A stretch of DNA of 64,000 nt from Antedon mediterranea (Eukaryota > Animalia > Echinodermata). The notes under the pieces were generated by a model. It saw nothing but the letters and a program-made list of their open reading frames with translations. It made no database searches and was not told the DNA's origin. The translations under genes were made by a program, and so were the position numbers. Positions 23,871 to 37,700 of the stretch are shown in pieces (position 1 is the first letter of the stretch; the number at the start of each line of letters is the position of its first letter). The stretch spans positions 62,001 through 126,000 of the forward strand of contig NC_092672.1 of NCBI RefSeq assembly GCF_964355755.1, in the 5' to 3' direction.

Positions 23871-25653
23871 GTAATTTGTTTCTTTCATCCACATTGGTTT
23901 CTTCTGGTAAGTTAAATATGTATTTTTTTTACATATCATCTAGTTTAGTGCTGTTTGTTTCGTGCACTGCTCCAACCCCCCTCGACCCCACCCCACCCCA
24001 CGCACAAACCAATTCCCGCCCACCACCACGCCCCCCCCCCCCCCATCCATGCCGCGTAGTGTTTTGTCAACAACGTGTTCCAATTTTGCGCGTGAACATT
24101 GTGCGTTCCCCCTAGTAACTCTACAACACAAAAGCACAAGTTTTCAATTGTTATGAAAGATAGCTGCGCATTTTTGTCATTTTTTCGTTAAAATACACTG
24201 CTTCTACTTTTTTTTAGATGAGATATCTATTTCAAACACTTTTCATTAGCTTGTTTCCAAAAACAGGTAGGCCTACGGAATAATTTGTGTTGGTTTGGAT
24301 TTTTATTCACTATCTATACTATCTATCTAAACTAGCCTAGGCCAGTGTTTGGGCCCACCACCAGACACTGATTTCATGCATATCATCAAAAAACTTATAT
24401 AAGTTCTTTGATATCATGGTTTTTTTTTTTATTACAGTGTTATTATTTTTCTAACCTAATAGTTATGTACAGTAACCGGTAGACCTGCTTAACAGAACAA
24501 ACTCTTTAACAACTGGGTTATTTTCAGATTTAATTTTTTAGAAATGAATTAGGCCTAGTATTATACTGTTACTTTGAGGGGCTTTTATAAATATCTATAG
24601 TATCGTTGTAAGAGCCTTTATTTTTTTGATGTAGCATCTTTTCAATTCTTAGTCGCTCTAGGTGTGCATTGCTTAATTCTTACGTTGTTATCTATTAGCC
24701 TCTGGATGGGTATCGGAATGGACAATGGGGCCACCTTGTGATGACCACCAAATTGGTGGCTATTGGGGACAGCGTTGCGATGGGTTTAAACTTGAAGGTT
24801 AGTGCATACATTATTTCAAAATGATTGCCACTTTTAAATGGTCATTTGCATACGGTATTGCAAAAAAGACGCCTTTAAGCATGGAATAATTTATTTTTAT
24901 ATAAAAATAATGTATTTATGTATTGTTAGCGCATTACATAAAACATCTCAACAATTTAAATCAAAATTTAAAGACTTCCTATTATGTGGACCTTGCTTGC
25001 CCAATGTTAGGTTACGTCAATATATCATGTTACGTTAAAATGGATTATATTTTAATACACATACATTTGGTTTGAACAATTTTACACTGCACTTTTGTTT
25101 TAGATGATCGTGACGATCCTGAAGTTTTATTTGGTGCTTGGATAACATGCTTCCTAATCCTAAGTTTGCTTCTAATAATCCTGGTCAAGAATGCATACGC
25201 TATAAGTCAGAGTGTGACGTCAGCATTGTCAACGCAACCGTCAGGTGTTTGGACAAGAACTACACAATCCAATCGGCTACAACGCATATAGGACTTTCTT
25301 TTAATTTAAAAACAGTAGGCCTAGGGCTATGCTGCAAAACGGAAATAAATTTATAATTTAATGACTTATGTCATATTATGTTGAGACCGACTTACTTTAA
25401 AAATCTCTAACATTTAAGCCTATTTGATATCAGAATCATGAAATAATTGATTCAAATTATTGTCACTTTTGATCATCATAAACTTTCAAATACAGCCAAT
25501 GGTACAACAACAATCACAAAATCAGCTTTGGAATTATTGAAATTATTGGTATTTTATGTAATGTGATTTTACATAATGTTTGCCGAAATTAATAAAATAC
25601 ATACAGTACTTGTCCTGTTCACAAGCATTGTGCACGGACTGACCGGCCGGCCG

Positions 25654-28189
25654 CACAGTGGGCCAGAATCAATTCAAAGTGTGCCAAAAGCCCAAAATGG
25701 TAAATGTGGCATTCCAAACTTTTTAATATTGGATTAAGAAGAAGACATCTTAAATTATATAAATCCACTAATAATTTAAATTTTTGTAAATTTTAATAGT
25801 GTCTTGTAACCATGGAAACTTGAAGAAACCATGGCATTTCACTTAACATGAGCAAAAACAACAGTTTTGATAAATTCACTGTTATTTTTTCTAGAAAAAA
25901 GCAATGGATTTGATACTGCATGAAATTGTTGTCTGTTATTAATAATATTAGGCAGTAAAATAACATTTTCGATTATTGCTTTATTGTAGGGTTAAAAGTC
26001 ACAAAATATAGCCCAAAAATACCAAAAAATCGTATTTTTAAAGTAAAACCACTAAAGTAGTTTGGATTCGCGTCGATTTGCGCGCTAATTTTTACATTAA
26101 TATTTTGAGCAAAGCTTGCGACATTGCATATAGGAAGCTATTTAAATGTCCCGTTTTAAAATAAATGTATAATGCATTTCCATTGACACATTGATGTACC
26201 ACAATCGCACTAACTTCACGAAGAGAAAACGTTTCCACGACGCGTCTGTATTGGAAAAGAGAATGCTACCAGTGTGAGAATAAGCATTCATAAATGTAGG
26301 TACAGGTAACATGGCCTCCATATCAAAATACAACCTTTAAAGCTGTCCATTCGGCTGGTTTAATTACCAACATTGAACTAGCCTGCAATGTATGTTTACG
26401 TGAATTGCGTTTACATTACAATGTAAGGAATGCCGAGAACATATCAAAAGAACTTTTGGAGTATACTACTAAAACTATCAAACCATTTCTTTATTATTTA
26501 CGAAGAATATGGTACAAGTATGGCCATCACAAGGTTCATTTCATCAGCTATTATTAGTCAGAGAACCAAAAGAACTGCTCTATGCTGCTTCTCAAGGCGT
26601 CTATAAGCAAAATTCACATTTAAAATATGTGCTGAAGTTTGCAATGGTAACACCATTAAGACCAGCTAAAATAAGAAAGCTTTGTCACTTTTAGCTAGTT
26701 GAAACTGATATGACAAAACAGTCATACCAAACAGGTTTGTGGAACGTGAGGGAAGCTAAGCATAGATGCTACGCAAATAATATAACGGTTAAAGAAGATT
26801 CGTCAAGAGTACCCCTTCAAAGCTTGCTGGACCAAACTGCACTTCAAATTGTTCAGTAAAAAAAAGAAGAAATTACAGAAGTAGTTGAACATAAAGATAC
26901 TTCCTCGTGATTTTGCCGATCTTTACACCTGCAATTCAATATATTATTTGATATTAATTAACTATGAACTGGCTGCAGATGAAAACAGAAAAGACAACAT
27001 CTAAATACACTACAATTTACAATTCACCATAGTTGACCAAAAGGTCGTGAATGCTTTGACTGAAACCAAGTATTCAATGCGATGTTATATATATGTGGAG
27101 CTACTCCAAAACAGTTTAATGATTTGGATAAACTCCCATCGTCAAGTGAAGAAGCCTACAGCTATGGCTCTCGCCACTATGGAGTAGGTGCTTCGAAATG
27201 CTAATTCATATTGGTACAGAATGCCAGTAAAAAAAGGGGCGTATTTCGTCTGATAGTGAAAAAGACATCGTTGCCGATATGAAGAAAAGAAATACACGAT
27301 CGGTTTAAAGAAGATATAGGAGTGAAAGTAGATGAACTTACAACAATGTTCAGGAAAACAATGGCAACATAGCTTGCAGAGCTAGCTTTCCAGGAAAAAG
27401 AGACTTTCGCTGAAATTTGCGGGTTTGGATGTCAATCTAATACGTGTTTAGACCCTTTACAATTTAGGGACTACTGCCGAAAAACAGCAGAGTTATATAT
27501 ACAACTCTATCCATGGTATAAAATGCCAGTGAGTGTACATGTTCTCCTAGTTCATGGTTCATCAATTATTTCGAGTTCTGTATTACTGATAGGTATGATG
27601 AGCGAAGAGGCTATCGACGAAAACATGCAATGAAAACAAACAACAACATAAGTGATGTATTTCAGTCATTTAAACCCTTATTTGTAACATACAATAAAAA
27701 CCTATTTCAATATTAATATTATTCACACAATCAGAAAACAGTATTTGTAATGACATCATACTGAACAATAAAAAGATGGTTTCATTGAACTCTGTGGATC
27801 TTTAAATAATTTAAGTACGTTTCAAGCATGGATGCAATTTAATCACACATGATATTGTAATGAGAATTAAAGTCATCTAATCAAAAATTATTATTTTATG
27901 ACGTCTAATATATTAAGAAAATGTTTCAGTTGGATTTATTGGGTGTAATAGAAACCCTTACACTTTCAATAATGAATGTAATATCAATCGACATAAGAAT
28001 CACAAGCACATTCGCCTCAACCAATCAGAAAACACCATTTGTATTACGTCATACCTATTTAAAAATACTTCTATTAAATTCTACGGGTACGTCTGAAAAC
28101 CCTTTAGATCCTTTAAAAGTTAAGGTAATCAGTATTTATTTATGCGTATAGACTTTTGGCACACTTTGAACCAATTCTGGCCCACTGTG
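25654..28189 (+). mobile_element. Transib-superfamily DNA transposon, both ends intact, 5-bp TSD
   Basis: ~40-bp TIRs CACAGTGGGCCAGAAT(caa/tgg)TTCAAAGTGTGCCAAAAG; direct repeat GGCCG at 25649-25653 and 28190-28194; internal transposase remnant. Confidence 0.93.
26500..27630 (+). pseudogene. Decayed Transib transposase (RAG1-core related)
   Basis: Colinear fragments in shifting frames: ELLYAASQ, TPLRPAKIRK, LVETDMTKQSYQ, VPLQSLLDQT, RCYICGATP, RCFEMLIHIG, DRFKEDIGVKVD, NNGNIA, LYPWYKMPVSVHVLLVHG, IGMMSEEA. These match the Transib motif order, including the SEE catalytic-Glu motif. Multiple stops and deletions. Confidence 0.88.
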
Positions 28190-28754
28190 GGCCGCCACGC
28201 CGAAGATGTTAACGTCGATAATCAAACATGAGAATGAGAATGTGGTTTAGTTAGTAACAATTTATTTATTCATTTTCTTTTGTAAACATCAAAGTTGGAA
28301 TGCATGATGTATATTTACAATTATAAAAAAATTAAAATAAATTTAATTGAAAAACTATATTATATTCTACTACTAAAACATATAATCATGAACATCAATC
28401 GGATTATTACTATTATTATTAGTGTTATTGTTATTATTATTATTATTATTTATTACAAGTTGAAGTTGATATTCGTTTTTTCGCACAACAATTATTGTTA
28501 GTAATAAAGTCGATTGGATAATAGGAATTAAACAAAGAATGGAGAGTGTTCTGCATCAATCTTAGCTACTTTTAATTTACTGTAATAAATGTATTATTAA
28601 CTATGTATTGATTTCATATGCAACAGGAGTATATGCTAACATGTAGGCCTATAAGTACGTCTGTGTTGGAGATAATCTGTACAAGTGACTTGTTTATAGA
28701 TTGGTATCTTCAACCCGTATTACGTATGCATTGTGATTGTGACAATAGTACAAT

Positions 28755-31700
28755 TTATTGTGATTTATTTTGCCGCTGGCCGCCAGTAAGTACAAAATAG
28801 TGTGCTTTCTTGTCCATTAGTTCTTGATGTGATCCGGCCTCAATAATCCGACCATCTTCAACTACCGCTATTTTATCTGCATTTTGAATAGTTGATAGAC
28901 GATGTGCAATTACAATGCAGGTGCGACCATCCATAGCACGATCTAACGCTGTTTGGACAATCTATAATTTAAACAAACGTTGTTTACGCAAAAGAGAACT
29001 GGGCTTAGGCTTACTAATAAATAAATTATTTACTAAACATTAGTAAACTCACCATATGTACATTTTGTTATATGCATCATATTGTTAAAACTCACTCTCA
29101 TAAAGCTACTATATTGTTATTTTTATGCCCACCATTCATTCGTTCGTTAATTCATCCATTCATTCACTCCGGTGTCAAATAATACAAACAAGCAGAAAAT
29201 GCTGAAAACTTTATGTAAGTAGGCCTACCTTTTCACTCTCACTGTCTAAGGCTGAAGTTGCTTCGTCAAGTAGAAGTATTCTGGGATTTCGAGCAAGTGC
29301 TCTTGCAATTGCGACCCGTTGTTTCTGTCCACCAGATAGTTGAGTACCCTTTTCTCCTACAGGTGTTTCATAGCCCTGCATATATAACACATTATAATTT
29401 GTAGTAACACACAATGCACTGTATAAAATATCAAGTGTTTTCTTTGTATAATTAATAAACTGTTTTACCTGCGGTAATGAAACAATAAAGTCATGGATGT
29501 TAGCCATCTTGGCAAACTCTTCAACTTCCGGCACCGTTAGAGGTGTTTCAACAGAATACTCAATATTCTCCTTGATAGTTTTATCAAACAAAATAGGTTC
29601 CTGGCTTACTATGCTCATCTGAGATCTTAACCACTTTATGTTATATGCTTTTGTTTCGTCGCCATCTAGCATCTGAAAGAAAATAGTTAATAAAAACATT
29701 ATAAAGCTCTGTCTACACTATTAAATTAGTTTGACCAAAAGTTTAGACAAGGCTTAATGAAGAATTATGAAAATACTACCATTGCCTGATGATTGTTGTG
29801 TCAATTAAAATAAACTGCAGGCATATGTCTAAGTTCTTCTACTAAAAACAATTTGTTTTGACATAACAAACTTACAACTTTTCCTTCAGATTGATCATAA
29901 AAACGCTCTAATATGGAAACAAGTGTGCTCTTTCCGCATCCACTTTCACCAACGAGGGCAACGGTACATCCCGGCTCAATAGTCAGATCTAAGCCTTTCA
30001 ATATCTTCATATCTGGCCTTGACGGATATGTAAAATGTATAGACTCATACTTAATTTTCCCCTGCATTTCACCCTGAAGTAAGAGTTATATGGAAACAGT
30101 TAAAAGCCTAGATTCTAGTATTCATGGGCGCTACGTGTCACAAATATTAATAATTAAAATTTATACATACTAATTATTATTTAATACTATTATGTGCTTG
30201 ATTTTTTTAAATACTATATTGTTTTGAATCAATTGAATTTTTATTAAACTTAAAAATTATTTACAAACATAATTTTAGGAACATTTAGGGAAAATGATGA
30301 TAAATGATGATTACCGGATTTGGTTTTAAACCTCCAGTTGAATAGCTGTCTATAGCAGGTACTGTATTGAATAGTTTGATTAGAAGAGCTGTCGAATATT
30401 TAGCTTTTGTGTAATCTGGAATGAACGCAGACGACTGTCCGAGCGAAATACCAGCAAACGATATACCAAAGAAAACCCTTAAAAAATGACATCCATTGTT
30501 AATGGAAAGAAGGTGGAAAAAGTGATTCGAAAACATCTTCAGAGACTCTATGTTCAATAACCGAGAATAACAAGTCAACAGTTCGTTTAAACATTATAAA
30601 GTTTGGGATTCTGGAAACTATATAAATACATATCAGGACAAATATACTTACTTGAAAACTTCGTCTGCTTGCATTTCATCTTCCGTTATAAGATAGCCTC
30701 CAAAACTGAATGCAGCAGCATATATAAAGAACATAATGCCTTGAGAAAACGCAAATGTTAACCCATAGAGCATGGTATTTCTTTGGCTTGATCTTAAAAA
30801 AAACAGTGGTAGGTGTTTAAAAAAAGACAAATAAACTATAAAGGGCAGGAACCTAAAAGCATCATGTCAGATTTCACATTTCGATTCACGTCATCTCAAT
30901 CGGTCTTCTCTCTCAACAATGTATAACCCTACGTCTAGAAAGGCGTTGAAGGAGGAATGAATCAGAAATGTCTAAAGGGACCGAAGCTTCTAATATATAT
31001 AATTTTAGGTTAGTCACTTACGTGTAAGGTGCCTGTAACTGTTGGCAGTATTTACTGTAGAACCTTTCTTCTAGCGTCAAAGAGGCCACCGTACGCATGT
31101 TTTCAATCGATTCACTGGCGGTCTATTAAAATAGTTATAGTAAAGTCACCAACATGGCGTAATAACGAGATGTTTACGTTAGATTACCGTATTTGGACTT
31201 GATGCTAGTAAATCGGTATCATAAGATATTTTTTTCGAAAAAGTTCTGCAATTCAGTTCAGTTCACTCTGGTCGAAGCTTCTACAAATTGGTTCATTTAG
31301 GCCTAATTTAAAACTGTTATTATCCCGTAAGTAATAGTAATGAAAATCTTTCGCATCTGCATTAATAATATAATAATTTGAAAGCAACGTTTTTATTTCT
31401 AATGGTCTCACCCTAACCCCAATTGCAAACGATTTAACTAAAACATGTATTCAATTAGCTTTAAATGAACCAAAAAACATAAAACAACTTAGGCCCTACT
31501 ATTTTAAATATAAACCTACTTTTCCAGCATCTTCAAGAAGTTCAGCATCTTTCTTTTGACTTCCGGAGACAGCTTTCATCTGAAGAACTCCTGCTAGAGC
31601 CAAGAACGGCATACAGCCAAACATGACCAATGCTAATTTCCAACCGTAGTAAAATGCAATAAAAATCGCGGCTACCATGGTAACTACTGACTGCAAAATG

Positions 31701-34700
31701 GCCCCTATACGAATACCAGTCGCCTATAGTAAATTAGGATTTTAGAGATAAAACGGACAATAGTTAGACATTTAGCACTTATTCACTTACGCGACTCACC
31801 ACAATGGAATAAATCATGTAGTGATGTATACTGTACTCGCATTTTCCGTTAATACGTACCCCTTTTACGTTAGAAGCATCAGTGGCCAGTCGAGTAGTCA
31901 ATGCGCCAGTGCTATGATGACTATCATCGTACCATGCCATATCCTACAAAATAAAGGTAATATACTGTCTTGAAGAATCGTAATTCTATATAATTGCTCG
32001 TAGAACCACTCAAATTGTTGTCTTTTTATTGTTATTTTACTGGAATTTGTAACTTTACGTAATGTGTTCTTCAGTATTGTAGAAGCTCTCTAAACTTAAA
32101 CACGTGTCCACGTGCACATTGCCCAAAAGCGTAGGCATAGTCCGTATTTCTATAGATCTTAGTTCTTACTGTGTGGAAATACCTGTCTTAACATGGCTTC
32201 AAATGCCTTAGTCCTTAAACGCATAGTGAGATTCTCGCCAGAGATGCTAAACATCCAATTTTGGAAAAAATTGCCTAAACCAGTTACAACACCAAGTACA
32301 ACGAACATCAACGACCAAAACCTGGCGGCATCTTGCATTTCCTCAAGAGAATCTTCAGAAAACACCTGGCAAACAAAACAATTTTTAACTTACTGATGTA
32401 AAGCAAAGAAAACTTATCCACAAATTACGTTCGACATAAGCCTTGTACTATCTTGATTTTTTTATTGTTTTTATACATCACTATTTTTTATTAGGACTAA
32501 CATTATACATACGTTTATTATTTCGCCGAAGAAGATCGCAAACAATGGAAAAGTTAAACCGAGAACGCATGCAGCCAAACATCCAACGATTATGTAGTTC
32601 AATTCAGGTTTGTTCATTCCAAGTATTTGTCCATACTTAATTTCAGGGACTTCCTAAAAATAAACAAGTTAAAACATGACGATGGTGTTTGTGAAGTAAT
32701 TCTCTATGGCTGCGTACTACTACTGACGTACGGTACTGTATTATAATTGCATCAATAAAAAAGTAGACCATTATAATCAATATTGTATTAAGTTCTATCA
32801 GTATACATTGAGTACGTGTATTTTACCTCTTTTTCCTCTTCTTCGTCCTTAGTACTTCCTGCTACTGATTTTGTTCGAGATTTCTGGCGAGATAAGTGGC
32901 GTTTTGTAGATGTTTGCCTTGAAAATGACTCTGAATTTTCTAACTTGTCTTCTCTGCCTTCTGTTGTCATCCAATAAGAAAGAAGAACATAACAAGCGTT
33001 ATTACAACAACAAATTTTAACAACAATTAGTAAAATGTTCTGCACCACATACTACTAACCTTCATGGGCAGCCTTTTCTGCACCATCTATCATTTGTAGA
33101 GTCACTAATTGCTTGTAAACGCCATTTAGATCCATAAGTTCGTCATGTGAACCATATTCCATTACTTGTCCATCTCTTAATGCAAAGATTATATCAGCAT
33201 TTCTAATGGTTGACAGTCGGTGAGCAATTACAAGTACAGTACGCCCTTCTTGTGCCTTATTAGAAAATAAACTAAATCGTAACCTTTTTTTACCATTACA
33301 ATTACAATACTTCACTAAAACAACAAAGGATTTTCTTGGTTCGTTTCTAATTTACTTCACTTTTTAAAGAAATAAAGTGAAGGAGCCTAACAGAAAGCAT
33401 AGTTTGCGTAGTTTTTGTAAAGTTTATTTTATTGAAAATTTCAAATTACTTTTACAAACATCCGTACAAACATCCGTTTACAAAAACAAACCTTTTTTCT
33501 CTTACTCAATAATAAGATGGTGTGTCATTGTCCATCGTTTATTGATAGGCCTATATATCTGCTTAATTAGAATAATGGTGATACCTTATCTAGTGCCTCC
33601 TGGACAATCTTTTCACTTTCACTATCTAAAGCAGATGTTGCCTCATCTAGCAGCAGAACTGTTGGATTACGTACAAGTGCCCGGGCTATAGCAACGCGTT
33701 GTTTCTGACCTCCAGATAACTGAGCTCCTCGTTCACCAACCAACGTGTTGTAACCCTAAACATTACATGAATATATTTAATATAATAATAAATATATAAT
33801 TTAGATAATAGGAGGTATAATATAGGAGAAACGTTTGAGGAAGCCATAACAAACGGGGGATATAGTAATGGATCTAAAAGACACTTAGATTTGTTGATTT
33901 ATTACAATCATTCGGTTTAAAAATTGACCATAATTATAGAGTAGCTTTTCATTGTGGAAATAAAAGAAAATTAATATGATATTTATAGAAGATTTTACCT
34001 TTGGAAGCTTACTGATGAAATTATGTGCATTTGCAGATTTAGCAGCTTGTATGACCTCGTCATCAGTCACATGAAGCCTTCCATACCGTATATTCTCGTC
34101 AATACTACAACCAAATAGAATTGGTTCTTGGCTGACGACACCAACATTCTGACGCAACCAGTTGATGTTTAGATCTTTTATTTCAACTCCATCCAGTAGA
34201 ATCTAATATTACACAAATATGTATTATTATTTCAAATTTCATTGTTTAATGGACTTTAATTAAATAGCTGTGTTTCTGGTTGGTTAATAAATATCATTAT
34301 TAAAAGATAGTAGCTTACCTGGCCACCAGTGATATCATAGAACCTCTGCAGAAGACTTACGACTGTTGATTTACCACACCCAGACGATCCCACAAGTGCA
34401 ACTGTCTGTCCACTGGCGATATTTAATGATAACCCATTCAGAACTTGTACGTCGGGTCGTGTTGGATACGTAAACGTTACGTTTTTTAGTTGTATATTCC
34501 CTTGTAGAGACTGAGGCCGAAGACCTTCTTTAGAGCTACTATTAATTGATGGTTCCTATTTGAAATGATAATTGTTCCATTATTGTTTACTTTACACAAT
34601 GTACCTATACAAACTACTTGATTATCAATTAAAACATTAGATAACGGTATAACCTACATTATCAATAATTTCATAAAGAACATAAGCTGCTCCTCTTGCG

Positions 34701-37700
34701 GTGGCAACAGACGACAAGTGTGGTGTAATGTTTCCAAGCGAAAATGAACCAATCATGACGCAAAAAAAGACAGTCAAAACTTCACCCGGCTCAATTTTGT
34801 TTTCGCTTACCATCTTTGGACCGTACCTATAATCAAATGTATAATATGTCTATTGAGTATTTGAGAATGTAAAAGACATAATTTGCTTTCTGTGTGGAAA
34901 TTACTATTAGCATAAACAAACACACACGTGATCTAATTGCCTTCTACATACGAGGCAATAAATGTGAAAAGAAAATTACCAAAATGCCAGTGCGTAAGAA
35001 GAAAACAGGATAAACATAAATAAGCCAATACCAGTTGCTGTTGTTAATCCTTTCTTGATACCAACGTTTTTAGCAGCAACAAGTTCTTTGCTATACCTAA
35101 AGACACAAGAAAACCAACTCTACACCTATTTTCTGCTCTTTGTTATTGTTACATAATACATACAAGGTTTAAAGCTATTGTGAGAAGGATGAACTTGCCT
35201 CTTTGCCTCTTTCTGCTCACCACCAAATGCCACGACTGTTCGAATACAGGACAGTACTTCCTCTGCCACGCTACCTGCAGCAGCATACACAGTCTGCTCT
35301 TTCTTTGAGAACGACGTAATGGTCTAAAAACACGTATCATTTATTATGTATACGTATTGTAATGATGATTACCCTGTTGATTGCGGTGATGATAATAATA
35401 AAGTTGACGATGAAAAAGAAATGAAAATAAAATATATAAATGGCTTTATGACGATAACAATTACTAAAACGTGAATTGTTGCAATACATACGATAGCCAT
35501 GAATGCGCCACATATGGCTAATAAAGGTGTGAACGACATCATCACTAATGTAAGTTCCCAGCTTTTCCAAAATCCAATAGCAAATCCTATAAAGAAACAT
35601 CACACACTATAAAACTGACACCATAACTTGTGATTTAAAATAATAATCAATCCGCGACAGAAGCTTTTTGGCTCTGTTTGCTTCTATTTGAGCAATAACC
35701 GTAATAAAACTTTTAAATCTATAATAATCAGTTCACCCGTTGTTTTCTAGATTCTACATTGGCCTCCTCCTCAAAAACTAGTGGGGACAATATGGCATTA
35801 TTCTTGAATATAATTTACCTGAAATAAGTTGTGATAAGAATTGGATAACCAAGGCAAACTTATCACCTATGCCTTCCTTCACCCGTTCTAAATCACTGGA
35901 GAAAAAAAGAGGAAAATCTTAAGTATTGTTGATCTTCAATTATGAAGACCTCATGCTTTGTGGAAACTTTCAATATTTATTATTAATCCATATAGATATA
36001 ATAGGGTATGCATGTGTAATTCATGCGTAGAGAGTTCAAGTAGTGAAGTACCGTACTCTGTAGATTCTACACCCTTATAACGTTATGGAGAATTCAGGAC
36101 TAATAACACAAAACAACAACAATTGGTTGTCTTCTTACTCGGCTAATCGTGTAGTCAACTCTCCGCTTTGATGTTTATCGAACCAGCCTATTTCCTGCCG
36201 AAGTATTGCTCGAAAAAATGTTTTTCTTAAAATGTGTGACTGACGCTCACTGGCGGCACTCCAACATGCGGCCTAAAAATAAATTAAAAACTCGTGAAAA
36301 AGTATATATTTTGATGGTACCTTATAGGCCTAACACATTTCCATGCCAATGTTTCTAAAAGTTAGGTTTGATTTATTGTTCATATTTATGTATGCAATTA
36401 ATATTCGGTATAGCAAGACTGCGAATATAAATCTTTTTTTTTTTCCGGGGAATATACGGATGTAAATTTCACCAAATTTGGTAATCTAGTGTACGAAGAA
36501 ATCGTAACCAGAAAGTGTTGATTTAATGTCTATTACAAACCTGGAGAAAAGAGGCGAAAAAAATTACACAGCCAATATACACATAAATCAGTGAGTACCG
36601 CCTGATTTCGTTTTTAAAATCGTCCATTGAGATATTTTTATTCGTCTCTACAAAATCTGTAGTCATTTCACCAAATATGATCATCATGAATGGCCATCCT
36701 GCACCATGTACAAAGGCAAAGATCGAACCAATTAGCAATAATAGACCATCAAAGTACGTGGCATATCGGAACTGCAAAATAATAAACATGCAATATTTAG
36801 AAACCAGAACAGAATATACAAGATACAACAATTTACACGATAACTTTATTGTCAAATAGTGAGAAAGTAGTAGTAGTCAACGAAAGATTTGAAATTGTCT
36901 TTTTTCATGGCAACATAATATAAAAATAGAATAAAATCAGTAAAATGTTAAAACACGAAGTAAAATACACAGAACAATAATATGTACAAAGGATAAATGC
37001 AATCAGGCGTTCCCAGGTGTTTTATAATACAACTATTTGTGTTTGTTGTCATTCTATTTAAATATGCATTGTGGGACAAACGACAGTCGGTACCGTGCTG
37101 TCCGTAACCTTGATGGTAGGCATACTCTTAGTCGACACCCAGTACGATTAGATACAGAGTGGATGAAGTGTCATCATTCATAATTGCAATTCTTTTCTGT
37201 TCCATTCGATTATCATACATTTCCATAACATTAGGCAGATTATTATCTCCATTTATGCATTTCTTAGCTCTTTTTTGACTATGCGTTCAAATTGCTTTTT
37301 ATTGTATTCATATGTGTTACCATAGTAACAAGTTTTAACTTAACTTAAAAGTTAAACATTAGAACGGCTTTGTAGAAGAGTAAAAGTATTTCTTCATTTA
37401 CCCTAAAGTTTTTGAGTTTCCTAAGGAAATACAAACGTTGATTGCTTTGCGAATAGTTGCTGCATCTGGTCAATCATGGTTCCTAAATATTTATATTTGT
37501 CAACTTGTTAAACAACATACTAAGGCTATAGGACGTATTTCTTTTATTTATATTTGTCAACTTGTTCAACAACATACTAAGGCTATAGGACGTATTTCTT
37601 TTATTTATAAGTTTTATTTGTTCATGTTCTCATTTTAAATGCAGTAAGATGCGATAATAGTATTATATCATTAATCAAAAAACCCACAGCAGTTAGTTTT

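Noticed and set aside
24585-24800. Possible SINE remnant
   Set aside because: No clear A/B boxes, tail or TSD could be established by eye.
25654-28189. ProtoRAG / RAG1L-RAG2L transposon
   Set aside because: Only 2.5 kb, symmetric TIRs, no recognisable RAG2-like or RAG1 N-terminal RING sequence; motifs fit ordinary Transib.
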